Below, one piece after another: positions 1 to 9,867 of a stretch of DNA of 60,222 bases. The stretch lies in assembly GCA_035637655.1 (NCBI GenBank), contig DASPWT010000210.1, forward strand, positions 1-60,222, read 5' to 3'. Below the pieces are notes generated by a model. That model had not been told where the DNA came from. It was given only the letters and a program-made list of their open reading frames with translations, and did no database searches. The stretch's first letter is position 1, and every line of letters starts with the position of its first letter. Source of the stretch: Burkholderiales bacterium (GTDB taxonomy: Bacteria; Pseudomonadota; Gammaproteobacteria; Burkholderiales; SG8-39). The position numbers and the translations under genes were made by a program.

Positions 1-745
1 CTCTTTGCCCCTTGCTCCTTCGGAGCTCTCCGAACATGGCGAGCTCCCAGGGCCGTATCGCCATGACCAGGCTCGTGCCTTCGCGCATTTCGTGCGCGAG
101 GCGCTTGTCCTGCTCGGCGAGCATGTCGAATTCCTCCGCGAGCTTGCGCATGCGCTGTTGCAGCACTGCGTTCGATTTCTCGGACAGGCTTCCGTGCACC
201 GTGACGCGCAGCTCCCCCGCTCGCAGAAAAGACGCTTCGAAAAACTGACGCTGCACCCGCTCTTCGAAAAAGCGCTGGATCGCTCCGCCTTTGCGCCAGT
301 TGAAGTTGCGAGCCAGCCGCAGCTTGATCCGGTTCTCGGGCAGCAGGTCGATGATCCTCATGCGATCGAGCCGGGTGAGCAGGCCCACGAGCTCGGCCTC
401 GGAAAACCGATACGTCTCCAGGATCTTCGCGGCCGTCCAGTGGCTGAGGGCCAGCATCGCGACCAGGAGCAACTTGGGGTTGCCTACCAGCTCGCGCTCC
501 TGTTTCTCGCTCAACTCCGTAACGCTTCCGTCCGCGGCACGCGTCAGATCGAGCAGATCGGCGATTTCGAGATTCATCAGCGCGCAAAGGCGCTCGAGCC
601 GATCGAGGCTGAGGCTGCGCCGCGCGAACATCCGCTTGACCGAGGACTCGGAGAGCTTCAAGCCCTTCGCCACGTAGCGGTAAGTCAAGCCCTTGTGGCG
701 CAGCGTTCGCTTGACGGCGTCGATGAGCAGTGCGGCTTGAGACAT
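1..745 (-). CDS. XRE-family helix-turn-helix transcriptional regulator; 3' end runs off the window
   Basis: Not in the ORF track because there is no stop inside the window. Minus-strand ATG at 745-743 reads MSQAALLIDAVKRTLRHKGLTYRYVAKGLKLSESSVKRMFARRSLSLDRLERLCALMNLEIADLL..., an HTH_3-like N-terminus, and stays open to position 1. The plus-strand ORF 5..1930 is its antisense shadow. Confidence 0.7.
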   Translation of the reverse strand, partial: MSQAALLIDAVKRTLRHKGLTYRYVAKGLKLSESSVKRMFARRSLSLDRLERLCALMNLEIADLLDLTRAADGSVTELSEKQERELVGNPKLLLVAMLALSHWTAAKILETYRFSEAELVGLLTRLDRMRIIDLLPENRIKLRLARNFNWRKGGAIQRFFEERVQRQFFEASFLRAGELRVTVHGSLSEKSNAVLQQRMRKLAEEFDMLAEQDKRLAHEMREGTSLVMAIRPWELAMFGELRRSKGQR

Positions 746-860
746 GCAGAAGTAGCGAAAAGTGATACTTTGAGAGCAATTGTAGGCCACTTTTCCCGCG
801 AGGATTGCGCAAAGTGCTCAGTCCCCGGAGGCTACTGCCCGCGGGTTCCTCTGGGGAGAG

Positions 861-1628
861 ATGATGAAGAACGCTTCGACGTTCGCAGCACATCCGATCA
901 ATGCGGCCGCGGCGATCCTGATTGCGGCCTGTGGGCTGGGAGCTTGCGGGAACCTGCCCCCCGCTCCAGTTCTGAAACCCATCGAGGTGAGGGATCCCAA
1001 CACCACGATTCCCTCGGCGCGTCTCTCCTGGTATCCGCAGGGGTTCGAAACCGCGCCGCGATCGCTCAATTGGGGCGTCGAACTAGAATATGCGCGCGGT
1101 ACCGCACGCAACGACCAGCAGCTCGGCGGCAACGAGTATATTTCACTGGGCGGGAACAACCTCCAGGGACCCCAAGAAGTCCATCACCGCGCCGAGTTGC
1201 GCTACGGACACCTCGGCTTGACCGGCTCGCAGCGCTTCGGGGGAAGAGCGTCCTCGCTCGAGATCGAATGGTTGGCAGGCCTGGGAGCCGCCGAGTTCAC
1301 GCTCGTATCCCAGAGCCGTATAGCGGGCAGCCCCGCGCTCTCCGCGAGGCAGGGCTTGAGCGGCGTGGCCTTGGGCGTGGGCCCGCGTTGGAGCATTACG
1401 AACGAGCTGGCTCTCGAGGGGCGGCTGCAAGTCCTGCACCTTGGGCCCTCTTTCGGAGAAACCCTCTGGTATCCGGAGATCGCCGTGCGCTACCGGCCCG
1501 CCAAAGCGGTTGCCCTGCGGATGGGGTATTCCAGCATGAGCTACGACCCTTCGAAGCTAAACGGAGGAGACTCGGCCGTCCGTATCCGCATCAGCGGCCC
1601 GTTCCTCGGGCTGCATCTTATCTTCTAG
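861..1628 (+). CDS. putative outer-membrane lipoprotein / small beta-barrel protein
   Basis: GGGGAGAG Shine-Dalgarno before the ATG. Signal peptide with lipobox LGAC. Alternating hydrophobic beta-strand pattern and C-terminal ...LGLHLIF (terminal Phe typical of OM beta-barrels). Confidence 0.55.
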   Translation: MMKNASTFAAHPINAAAAILIAACGLGACGNLPPAPVLKPIEVRDPNTTIPSARLSWYPQGFETAPRSLNWGVELEYARGTARNDQQLGGNEYISLGGNNLQGPQEVHHRAELRYGHLGLTGSQRFGGRASSLEIEWLAGLGAAEFTLVSQSRIAGSPALSARQGLSGVALGVGPRWSITNELALEGRLQVLHLGPSFGETLWYPEIAVRYRPAKAVALRMGYSSMSYDPSKLNGGDSAVRIRISGPFLGLHLIF

Positions 1629-1652
1629 AACTTGCGCTATGCGGAGGAATGG

Positions 1653-2426
1653 ATGAAAAGACTTCTGGTGAGGCTCGTTTCGGCAATCGTCAGCGTGGTA
1701 ATTACTTCCATCGTGCAGGCAGCCCCGACGGAATCCACAGGAGATATTGGATCCTCCGACGTCACCCGCGAACCACGGACTGCCTGGGCTGCGGCGCTCG
1801 AAAGCAAAAACTCGCTCACCCCGAAGTTCGGGTCGTACGCGCTGTCGGCGCACAGACAAGACCTGAAAGTGTATGGAGACGAGGGGTGTATCCTCTTCTG
1901 TATTTTCGGGACAGGATTCGCAGTTCATAGCTTTCCGATTGAGATGCAGTCGTCGTCGGCCGTCGCGGGAATGGAATATGAACGCAGGACCCCTTGGGGA
2001 TACAGCCTTGGCGGTGAATTCCTGCATATGGAGCCCCGCTATACGGCCTCGCTCATCGATCCGCACACGGGAGCGTTCACCACTCGCGCGGATGGACAGA
2101 TGAGAATCAACCAGCTGTTTGTCATGATCAAAAAATACCTTGCCTTATCCGAAGGCTTCCAAATTTTCGGAGCCGCAGGTGGCGGCTACACCCAGGCCAG
2201 CTTGTCGGGTGCAGTCGACGAACGAGCCAGCGGCGCTGCGCTGCAGCTGGCGACCGGGTTGCAGTATCGAATGGATCGAATCAGTGTGAAAGCCGAATAC
2301 CACTACGTCCTTGCGCCTAAAATCTCCCTTCGAGCCAACGATAGTGCGCCCAGAACGGGCCAGATCTTCGGAGATCTCGACTTGAGCGGACGAGGACTGT
2401 TCATCGGCGCGAGCGTTCATTTCTAG
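1653..2426 (+). CDS. outer-membrane beta-barrel protein (OmpW/porin-like)
   Basis: Internal ATG at 1653 preceded by GGAGGA. Signal peptide MKRLLVRLVSAIVSVVITSIVQAAP. The C-terminus ...LFIGASVHF ends in Phe. Confidence 0.55.
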   Translation: MKRLLVRLVSAIVSVVITSIVQAAPTESTGDIGSSDVTREPRTAWAAALESKNSLTPKFGSYALSAHRQDLKVYGDEGCILFCIFGTGFAVHSFPIEMQSSSAVAGMEYERRTPWGYSLGGEFLHMEPRYTASLIDPHTGAFTTRADGQMRINQLFVMIKKYLALSEGFQIFGAAGGGYTQASLSGAVDERASGAALQLATGLQYRMDRISVKAEYHYVLAPKISLRANDSAPRTGQIFGDLDLSGRGLFIGASVHF

Positions 2427-2483
2427 AGCAGGCACGCGGGAGCACTGCTATAGTCGCGCGAGATCCCCTAGGGAGGTTCGATC

Positions 2484-3308
2484 ATGGCGGATGGTGACAC
2501 GAAGACCGAATCCGACTACGACGTCCTGTACCGCATCATGACCACGCGCATGAGCGTGCGCCGCATCAGGCCCGATCCCATCCCCGAGGAGTACGTGGAG
2601 AAGATTCTCGAGGCGGGCCGCTGGGCGATGTCCGGCGCGAACGGCCAGCCCTGGGAGTATCTCGTCATCAAGGACGCGAAGAAGAAGAAAGAACTCTACG
2701 ACGCCTTCCAGGACACCAACCAGGAGTTCTGTTTCTGGATGGAGCAGATGCGGCCCTTCGAGCTGCGCCACCCCGCCTTCCAGGTCAAGGGGGACGATCT
2801 GAAGGATGAATGGCAGAAGATCCGCAACAGCACTGGCGGGCAGCAGCGCCGTCCCTGGCACGAGGCGCCGGTGGTGATCGTGGTGCTCGGCGACGGCCGC
2901 AGGCAGTGGGCTACGGTGAACGCCGCCTTCACCTTCGGGCGGCACGCGAGCCACTTCACCGACGGCCTGGCGAACACCTGCACCCACATGCAGCTCGCGA
3001 TCGCGTCGCTCGGCCTGGGCTCGCATTGGGGAACGGTCCACGTCCAGGAGCCGCTCAAGCGCGTGCTCGGCGTGCCCGACCTGATCGACGTGTACCTCAT
3101 CATCTCGGTCGGCTTCGCCGACATCGAGAGAAAGCCCGGCGTGAGACGCGATTTGAAAGAGCTCGTGCACCACGAGAGCTACGACATGTCCAAGTTCATG
3201 TCGAACGAGGACATCATCGACTACCTCTACAAGCTGCGCGGCAAGACGATGTTCCGCTATCACCTGAAGGACAGTCTGCTGCCGGGTTCCGGCGACAAGA
3301 AAAGCTGA
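2484..3308 (+). CDS. nitroreductase-family oxidoreductase
   Basis: GGGAGG SD. N-terminus ...RMSVRRIRPDPIPEEYVEKILEAGRWAMSGANGQPWEYLVIKD matches the nitroreductase FMN-binding signature. The stop overlaps the next start (TGATG). Confidence 0.8.
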   Translation: MADGDTKTESDYDVLYRIMTTRMSVRRIRPDPIPEEYVEKILEAGRWAMSGANGQPWEYLVIKDAKKKKELYDAFQDTNQEFCFWMEQMRPFELRHPAFQVKGDDLKDEWQKIRNSTGGQQRRPWHEAPVVIVVLGDGRRQWATVNAAFTFGRHASHFTDGLANTCTHMQLAIASLGLGSHWGTVHVQEPLKRVLGVPDLIDVYLIISVGFADIERKPGVRRDLKELVHHESYDMSKFMSNEDIIDYLYKLRGKTMFRYHLKDSLLPGSGDKKS

Positions 3309-4273
3309 TGGGTGTCTGCCGTTTTGCGGCCTGCGCGGCCGCGTCGGTGCTCGCCACCGCCGCATGGCCTCAAGCCTACCCTTCCAAGCCGATCCTCGTG
3401 GTCAGCTCCGCCTCGCCGGGCTCGAGCGGCGATGCCGCGCTGCGTCTGATGGCGGCGAAGATGAGCGCGAGCCTCGGCCAGCCGGTGGTGGTCGAGCTCA
3501 AGACCGCCGCCCGCGGAGCACAGGCCGCGCAGGCTCTCGCGCGGGCCGGCGCAGACGGCTACACCATCACCTACGGCACCTCCGGCACTTACGTCAACGC
3601 GCGTTTCCTGTTCAAGAACCTCGCGTTCGACGTTCTCAAGGATTTCGCGCCGATCAGCCTCGCCGTCAGCTCGCCGAGCTACGTCGCGGTCCACGTGTCG
3701 GTGCCAGTGAATTCGCTGCAGGAGCTGATCGATTACGCGAAGCGCAATCCCGGCAAGCTCGAGTACTCCTCGAGCGGGGTCGGATCGGTGTTTCACCTGG
3801 CGGGCGAGTCCCTGAAGCTCTACGCGGGGATCGACCTGCTCCACGTGCCCTACGCGCAGGCGAATTTTCCCCAGATGGTCAACGACTGGGCCGCCGGCCG
3901 GGTGGCGCTGTGGTTCCCGACTTATGCGTTCCTCGTCCCGAACATGCCGAAGGTGAAGCCGCTCGCGATCGTGGACAACCAGCGCAGCGCCCGCATGCCC
4001 GATATTCCCACCGTGGCCGAAACGCTTCCCAACTTCCGCGGCTTCCCCGCCTGGTGGGCTTTCTTCGGGCCCGCGGGCCTGCCCGTTCAGATCGCCGAGC
4101 GCTTGAGCGGCGAAGTGCGCGCCTCGCTCAGGCAGCCCGAAGTCGTCGCCAAACTGGGTGATCTGGGACTCACCACCATCGGGAGCACGCCCGAAGAACT
4201 CGCCGCGCACCTCAGGCGCGAAATCGACGCGGTCGGAAGCCTCGCCAGGGCGATCGGGCTCGAGCCCGAATAG
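3308..4273 (+). CDS. Bug/TctC-family tripartite tricarboxylate transporter substrate-binding protein
   Basis: Internal ATG at residue 167 of ORF 2810..4273. Signal peptide ...ATAAWPQAYPSKPI. Family pattern P.G...D...R (SPGSSGDAALRL) and ADGYTI. Confidence 0.85.
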   Translation: MGVCRFAACAAASVLATAAWPQAYPSKPILVVSSASPGSSGDAALRLMAAKMSASLGQPVVVELKTAARGAQAAQALARAGADGYTITYGTSGTYVNARFLFKNLAFDVLKDFAPISLAVSSPSYVAVHVSVPVNSLQELIDYAKRNPGKLEYSSSGVGSVFHLAGESLKLYAGIDLLHVPYAQANFPQMVNDWAAGRVALWFPTYAFLVPNMPKVKPLAIVDNQRSARMPDIPTVAETLPNFRGFPAWWAFFGPAGLPVQIAERLSGEVRASLRQPEVVAKLGDLGLTTIGSTPEELAAHLRREIDAVGSLARAIGLEPE

Positions 4274-4274
4274 G

Positions 4275-4463
4275 CTACTGCTTCGAACCTCCGCCCGCGG
4301 CCAGCAACTTGTTGCCGGGCAGATTGCGCAGCTCGGCCTTTCGCCTCTTGTTGCAGGCGACGCAGATGAACCTGACGGGGCCGATCTTGAGGAATTCGCT
4401 CGTCGTCCAGTGACTCCCGGCGCTGCAATAGCGCTTCTTTGCTTCCTTGGCGGCTTTTTTCAC
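4275..4463 (-). CDS. small basic Cys/His-containing protein (possible zinc ribbon), 62 aa
   Basis: GTG at 4463-4461 overlaps the TGA of the HD gene (GTGA). Reads VKKAAKEAKKRYCSAGSHWTTSEFLKIGPVRFICVACNKRRKAELRNLPGNKLLAAGGGSKQ with C-x4-H ... C-x2-C. GC3-rich codons like its neighbours. Confidence 0.35.
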   Translation of the reverse strand: MKKAAKEAKKRYCSAGSHWTTSEFLKIGPVRFICVACNKRRKAELRNLPGNKLLAAGGGSKQ

Positions 4464-5194
4464 AGTGGGTTGTCGGGATAGATCAGCGAGCGCCACATAT
4501 GGGCGACGGGGCTGCCGTCGAACCCCAGCCCCTCTTTCGGCTGCTTGAAGTGGCGGCCGATCACGTCGATGAAGGGATCGAGCGTCACTTTCACCCCGGG
4601 TTCGAACGCGTAGAGGTCGTGCACGGTGATCATGCGCGCCTCCATGTACCACTTGTGCTTGCGCGCCTTTTCGTACGCCGCCCTGATGTAAGGCTCCGGC
4701 ACGTAGCCCTCGCCGAAAATCTGGACGTAGCGTTCCGGATACCCGTACCCCACCGAGGGGTCGGGAAAGAAGCGCAGCGCCTGGTGATAGCGGATCGCCC
4801 AGCTCACCTTCTCGGACACATAGGGCTCGACCATCTGCGCCGCCCACCAGCCGTGATCCACCTTGATGAGATTCACCGCGATGTCGTGCAGCAGGCAGGC
4901 GAGCACCGTCTCCTCGGGCTCGCCTTTCTTCTGCGCATCGTTCGCGCTCTGCAGCATGTGGGTCACCGTGTGCGGCATGAAGCGCAACTTGAAAAAATCG
5001 ACGATCGTGGGTTTGGGCGGCATGGCAGCGAGCGCGCCCAAAGTAAGCGGCGAGCCGCCCGGGGTCAGGCCCCCGAAAAGGAGGCCGGTGCCGCGCCGCA
5101 CCCCTCGCGGCTGCGCCGCCTTGTCGAGCTGCCTCATCATGCTTTCCTCGAGGGCGTCGGCGCGCTCTTCGGAGGTCTTGCGCTGGACTTCCAT
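4460..5194 (-). CDS. HD-domain metal-dependent phosphohydrolase-like protein
   Basis: ACLLHDIAV HD motif in a 244-aa ORF with host-like codon usage. Confidence 0.7.
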   Translation of the reverse strand: MEVQRKTSEERADALEESMMRQLDKAAQPRGVRRGTGLLFGGLTPGGSPLTLGALAAMPPKPTIVDFFKLRFMPHTVTHMLQSANDAQKKGEPEETVLACLLHDIAVNLIKVDHGWWAAQMVEPYVSEKVSWAIRYHQALRFFPDPSVGYGYPERYVQIFGEGYVPEPYIRAAYEKARKHKWYMEARMITVHDLYAFEPGVKVTLDPFIDVIGRHFKQPKEGLGFDGSPVAHMWRSLIYPDNPL

Positions 5195-5258
5195 GAATCG
5201 CTCCTCTCAATACCGTGCCACGGTATGCCGCGCCGGAGCGCGAGTCAACCGAAGCGAC

Positions 5259-6230
5259 TTACTGCGGCTCGATCTTGGCCAGTTCCACGTAGCGCTTCCA
5301 GCGTTCCGCATCGCTCTTCATGAGCGCCTGCATCTGTTCGGGCGCACCCGGGAACGGGTCGAACGCCGAGTTCGCAAGGAATTGCTTGGTGTCCTCGGCA
5401 GCGGTGATCTGGTTGAACCAGCCGGCGAGCTTGTCCACGATGGGTTTGGGCGTGCCCGCCGCGACCACGACGCCCCACCAGGGCGAGACGTCGGTGCCGC
5501 CGTAGCCGAGCTCGGCGAGCGTCGGCACGTCGGGAATCGCCGTCGAGCGCCTGGCCGCGGTCGCCGCGAGAATGCGCAATTTTCCGCCTTTGGCCTGCCC
5601 CATCCCCCAGGTCGCATCGAAGGAAATGAAATCGAGCTGCCCCGAGAGCAGATCGGTCAGGGCCTGGACGTTCTGCTTGTACGGAACGTAAGTCGTCTTC
5701 ACGCCGGCTGCGGTCTTGAAGAGCTCCGCCGCGATCACGCCGGTGTTGCTGGTTGCGCCGTAGAAGCTCGGGGTCGGTTTCGCCTTGAGGTGTGCGACCA
5801 GCTCGCCGATGGATTTGATCGGGCCCGCGGCGTCCACCAGGATTACGAACGAGAGCGAGGCGATCGTCGTCACCGCAGAGAAGTCTTTCGTGGAGTCGAA
5901 AGGAAGGCTCTTGAACATGTACGGCGCCGACACGATCGTGGCGCTCGCCGGCGTGATGAGGATCGTGTAACCGTCGGGTCGCGATTTCGCCAGAGCGTCG
6001 CTCGCGATGGTGCCGTTCGCGCCGACCCGGTTTTCTACTATCACAGGTCGCCCGGCGAGCTTGGAGAGCCGGTCGCTGTAGAAGCGCACGATGAGATCGG
6101 CGCCCGATCCCGGCGCGTAGTTGCACAGCGAGCGGATTTCGCGCGCGGGGTATTCCTGTGCGGCGGCGAAAGGCGCTGCGAGCGCGAAGAATGCCGCGAT
6201 GAGCAATGCGGGTGTTCGATCGGCTTTCAT
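5259..6230 (-). CDS. Bug/TctC-family substrate-binding protein
   Basis: Signal peptide ...FAAAQEYPAREI, then APGSGADLIVR, VIVENRVGANG, RPDGYTILI. Confidence 0.9.
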   Translation of the reverse strand: MKADRTPALLIAAFFALAAPFAAAQEYPAREIRSLCNYAPGSGADLIVRFYSDRLSKLAGRPVIVENRVGANGTIASDALAKSRPDGYTILITPASATIVSAPYMFKSLPFDSTKDFSAVTTIASLSFVILVDAAGPIKSIGELVAHLKAKPTPSFYGATSNTGVIAAELFKTAAGVKTTYVPYKQNVQALTDLLSGQLDFISFDATWGMGQAKGGKLRILAATAARRSTAIPDVPTLAELGYGGTDVSPWWGVVVAAGTPKPIVDKLAGWFNQITAAEDTKQFLANSAFDPFPGAPEQMQALMKSDAERWKRYVELAKIEPQ

Positions 6231-6235
6231 GAACT

Positions 6236-7228
6236 TTAGTCTATCGTCACGCCCAGCTCCCGGATGATCGGCCTGAACTGCGCGACTTGCCGGCGCAGCA
6301 CCGCGTCCTGCTCGGCGGGCGTCGAGCCGACCGGCTCGGCCGCGAGATCGGTGAGGCGCTTCACCGAATCGGGATGGCGCACGGCCGCTGCGGTCTCGCG
6401 CTGCAAGCGCTCGATGATCTCGCGCGGCGTCTTTGCCGGCGCGAACAGGCCGTTCCAGCCGTCCGCCTCGAGCTTGGGAAAACCGAGCTCGCGCACCGTG
6501 GGCACCTCGGGCAGCGCCGCGAGCCGCTGCGGCGCGTTCGTCGCGAGCGCCTTCAAGGACCCCTTCCTGATGTCAGCGAGCGAGGACGAAAGCTGGTCGC
6601 CGCCGAGCTGCAGGCGCCCGGCGAGCAGTTCCTGCTTGAGCGGCGCCGCGCCTTTCAGCGGGATATGTACCATGTCGATCTTCTCGTCGCGCTTCATCAC
6701 CTCGCCGACGATGTTCATGTACGAGCCCGGGCCGGTCGAGCCGTAGTTGTACTTGAGGGTCCTGTCCTTCTGCAGGAGCGTGACGAACTCGCGCAGGTTG
6801 CTCGCCGGGACACCGGGGTGCGCGGTGATCACGAGCGGCACGTTGGCGGCGATCGAAATCCCGGCGAAGTCGGTGTCGATGTCGTACGGCGCGCGGCCCG
6901 CCTGGGCGAGAGCGACCGAAGCGAGCGGAAAAGTGATGTTGTGCATCAGGATGGTGTAGCCGTCGGGCGCCGCCTTGGCGACCGCGTCCGCGCCGATCGA
7001 GCCGCCCGCCCCGCCGCGGTTCTCGACCACCGCCGGCTGGCCCAGGGTCTCGGACATGCGCTGCGCCACGAGGCGCGCGATGATATCGGTCGTGCCGCCC
7101 GCGGGGAAGGGAACGATGATGCGCACGGGCCGCGCGGGGTAGGCTTGCGCCCAAACCGCCTGCGGCAAGCCGGAAGCCGCGAGAGCCAGCATCAGACAGA
7201 CACTTGTCGGTTTTCCGATATGCAGCAT
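6236..7228 (-). CDS. Bug/TctC-family substrate-binding protein
   Basis: Signal peptide ...AVWAQAYPARPVRIIVPFPAGGTTDIIARL, VVENRGGAGG, APDGYTIL. Confidence 0.9.
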   Translation of the reverse strand: MLHIGKPTSVCLMLALAASGLPQAVWAQAYPARPVRIIVPFPAGGTTDIIARLVAQRMSETLGQPAVVENRGGAGGSIGADAVAKAAPDGYTILMHNITFPLASVALAQAGRAPYDIDTDFAGISIAANVPLVITAHPGVPASNLREFVTLLQKDRTLKYNYGSTGPGSYMNIVGEVMKRDEKIDMVHIPLKGAAPLKQELLAGRLQLGGDQLSSSLADIRKGSLKALATNAPQRLAALPEVPTVRELGFPKLEADGWNGLFAPAKTPREIIERLQRETAAAVRHPDSVKRLTDLAAEPVGSTPAEQDAVLRRQVAQFRPIIRELGVTID

Positions 7229-7270
7229 GGCAACCTTTCTCCTCGTATGAATGCGGAATTCCAGGCCGAT

Positions 7271-8230
7271 TCAGTCGATGCGCGCACCGGAGGCCCTCAC
7301 CACGCGCGCCATTTTCGCGAAATCCGCGCGCAGCAGCGCGTTGAACGCCTCGGGGCTGAGCGCCCGCGGCTCGATGCCCTGCTTCGCCAGACGATCGAGA
7401 ATAACAGGATCTTTGAGCAGCCCTGCGACCGCAGCGTTGATCCGCTCCACCGTCGAGACCGGTATGCCGGCCGGACCGAGCAAACCGAGCCAGGAATCGA
7501 ATTCGTAGCCCGGCACGCCAGCCTCGGCGATCGTCGGCAGATCGGGCAGGAACTTTGAGCGCTTCGCCGAGGTCACCCCAAGCATGCGCACGCGCGCGTC
7601 CTTCGCGAACGGCAGCGCGCCGATGTTGGCAGCGATCACGGCATGCGAGCGGCCCGCCACGACCTCGTTCACCGCTTCGTTGGTCGCTTTGTACGGCACG
7701 TGCACCATGTCGATGCCGGCGAGACCCGCGAAGTACGCCATCGAAAGATGAGTCGCGGTGCCGCTACCCGCGGTGGTGTAATTGAGCTTTCCCGGATTCG
7801 CTTTGGCGTAGTCGACGAATTCCTTTACCGTCTTCGCCGGCAGTGCGGCGCCGATCATCAGCACGTATTCCACGGTGCCGATGTGCGCGACGCCAGTGAA
7901 GTCCCCGAGCGGATCGTAAGGCAGCTTCGCGTACAGCGAGCCGTTGATCGTGTGGCTCGCCGCCGAAAGGATGAGCGTGTGGCCGTCGGGCGCGGCCTTC
8001 GCTACCGAGGCCGTGCCGATGGTGCCTCCCGCGCCGGTCCGGTTCTCGACGATCACGCTGCGGCCGAGCGCAGTACCGAGCTCCGCGCTGATCGCCCGAG
8101 CGAGGATGTCCTGCACCCCGCCCGCCCCGAAGGGAACGATGATGCGCGTGACGTTGCTCTGCGCGGCCGCTGCCGTGGCGGCCAGCGCGAGCGCAAATGG
8201 GATCAAGCGACGAATCGTCAAATTCCGCAC
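7271..8230 (-). CDS. Bug/TctC-family substrate-binding protein
   Basis: C-terminal 319 aa of ORF 7271..8920. Start is GTG at 8230, or TTG at 8221 overlapping the upstream stop as TTGA. Reads IRRLIPFALALAATAAAAQSNVTRIIVPFGAGGVQDILAR, VIVENRTGAGG, APDGHTLIL. Confidence 0.85.
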   Translation of the reverse strand: MRNLTIRRLIPFALALAATAAAAQSNVTRIIVPFGAGGVQDILARAISAELGTALGRSVIVENRTGAGGTIGTASVAKAAPDGHTLILSAASHTINGSLYAKLPYDPLGDFTGVAHIGTVEYVLMIGAALPAKTVKEFVDYAKANPGKLNYTTAGSGTATHLSMAYFAGLAGIDMVHVPYKATNEAVNEVVAGRSHAVIAANIGALPFAKDARVRMLGVTSAKRSKFLPDLPTIAEAGVPGYEFDSWLGLLGPAGIPVSTVERINAAVAGLLKDPVILDRLAKQGIEPRALSPEAFNALLRADFAKMARVVRASGARID

Positions 8231-9342
8231 CAGTCTCGAATCAGCTCTTCGTAGATCGCGACCGATTGCCGGATGCGCTCCATGCTGCAGTACTCGTCGG
8301 TCTGGTGCGCCTGCTGCGGCTCGCCCGGTCCCAGCACCACCGTCGGCGCGCCCCTGTATACTTTCAGGAGATTCCCCGCGTCGGTGTTGTAGGTCTGGGC
8401 GCGCGGCACCGGCTTCACGCCGAGCGTGCGGCCGGTGATCTCGAACACGCGCTGCACCCAGTCCTGCTCCGGCTCGGTCCACACCGCGTTCATGTCCGAG
8501 AACACCTCGAGCTCCGCCTCGTCCCCGAGCATCGCCTGCAACTTCGCGCGCAAGGCCGCGTGATCCATCCCCGGCACCGTTCGAATGTCGACCCCGAAGC
8601 TCGCCGCGTCCGGCACCGAGTTGACCGTGTTGCCACCCTCGAACGTGCCGACGTTCATCGTCGGCTTGCCCATCACCGGATGCGCCGGCTGGCCGAAGTC
8701 GAACGATTCGAGCCTGGACACCGCGCGCACCGCCTTGTAGATCGCGTTCACACCGAGCTCGGGCATGGATCCGTGCGCCGAAACGCCGCGGAATCGCGCG
8801 TAGAACTTGAGCGAGCCCTTGTGCCCGACGTAGGGATAATTCGAAGTCGGCTCGCCCACGATCATCGCCCCGGCGCGGCCGAGCAGCTGCGTCCGGGCGA
8901 GATGCTCCGACCCTACGCATCCGCCCTCCTCCGCGGCGGTGAGCACGATGACTACGCCCGGCGTACCCGGAAATTTCTTCGCGAGATTGTGCGCCGCGAG
9001 CAGGATCGCCGCGACGCCCGCTTTCATGTCGGAGGAGCCGCGCCCGTAGAGCCGGTCGCCGTCGGTTTCCCCTGCGAACGGGTCGCGCGACCAGGCCCTG
9101 GCGCCGAGCGGTACCGTGTCGATATGCCCGGTGAGGCAGAGCGGCGGCCGCGAATCCGCGCCGCCGGCGCGCGCTATGACGCTCGTGCGCCCGTCGGCGA
9201 ACTCGTGGTAGGCGACGCGGAAACCCCAGGTGTCGAGCAGAGCGCCGACGTGGCGCGCGCAGTCGCGCTCACGGCCCGGCGGATTGACCGTATCGAATCG
9301 CAGCAGCGACCGGGTCAGCGCGATGGCTTCTTGATCGCTCAA
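8218..9342 (-). CDS. M20-family metallopeptidase (ArgE/DapE/acetylornithine deacetylase-like)
   Basis: LTGHIDTVP, GRGSSDMKAG and TAAEEGG metal-binding signature blocks. The TTG start directly abuts the SorB stop. Confidence 0.8.
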   Translation of the reverse strand: MSDQEAIALTRSLLRFDTVNPPGRERDCARHVGALLDTWGFRVAYHEFADGRTSVIARAGGADSRPPLCLTGHIDTVPLGARAWSRDPFAGETDGDRLYGRGSSDMKAGVAAILLAAHNLAKKFPGTPGVVIVLTAAEEGGCVGSEHLARTQLLGRAGAMIVGEPTSNYPYVGHKGSLKFYARFRGVSAHGSMPELGVNAIYKAVRAVSRLESFDFGQPAHPVMGKPTMNVGTFEGGNTVNSVPDAASFGVDIRTVPGMDHAALRAKLQAMLGDEAELEVFSDMNAVWTEPEQDWVQRVFEITGRTLGVKPVPRAQTYNTDAGNLLKVYRGAPTVVLGPGEPQQAHQTDEYCSMERIRQSVAIYEELIRDWCGI

Positions 9343-9867
9343 TCAGATCCTGTCGGGAAAGCGGATGATGAATCCTTCGCGGTTGGGCATGCGCACCTTG
9401 GGAAGCGTTTCGGAGTTCATCGAGTCGGCGTCGCGAATCAGCTTGTTCTCGGCGAGGATATAGGCGGTCAGCGCATAGACTTCATCGTCGCTGAGCGAGC
9501 GCGGTTGCTGCCACGGCATCGCGCGCCGGATGAAGTCGAACAGCGTGGTGGAATAGCCCCAGAAGTTGCGGATGGTCTTCACCGCCTCGATCCGGTCGAT
9601 CGGACCGCCGCCCACCACAGCGGCGGCAACCCCGCCTTTGCCGCCTTCGCCGTGGCACATCACGCACTTCTGCGCGTAGATGCGCGCCCCTTGCGCGGGC
9701 GTGCCGCCCCCGGGCGGCAAACCGGTGCCGTCGGGCAGGATGCTGATGTCCCATGCCGCGATGTCGGCGGGATCGATCGCCCTGCCCAAGCCGGGACCTT
9801 CGGCAAAGGCCGCGCCCGCAGCGAACGCAAGCGCGGCGGCGGAGATCGAAACTCTACGCGTAAACAT
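9343..9867 (-). CDS. sorB: mono-haem cytochrome c, sulfite dehydrogenase cytochrome subunit-like
   Basis: Signal peptide, single CVMCH haem motif, and a position immediately downstream of (and overlapping) the Mo-subunit gene. GGGGAGG SD. Confidence 0.7.
   Translation of the reverse strand: MFTRRVSISAAALAFAAGAAFAEGPGLGRAIDPADIAAWDISILPDGTGLPPGGGTPAQGARIYAQKCVMCHGEGGKGGVAAAVVGGGPIDRIEAVKTIRNFWGYSTTLFDFIRRAMPWQQPRSLSDDEVYALTAYILAENKLIRDADSMNSETLPKVRMPNREGFIIRFPDRI

Noticed and set aside
5-1930. 641-aa plus-strand ORF spanning the first 1.9 kb
   Set aside because: Its Arg/Pro/Gly/Ala-rich low-complexity translation is antisense to the XRE regulator. It is also out of frame over the two outer-membrane protein genes. 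This is a typical high-G+C shadow ORF.
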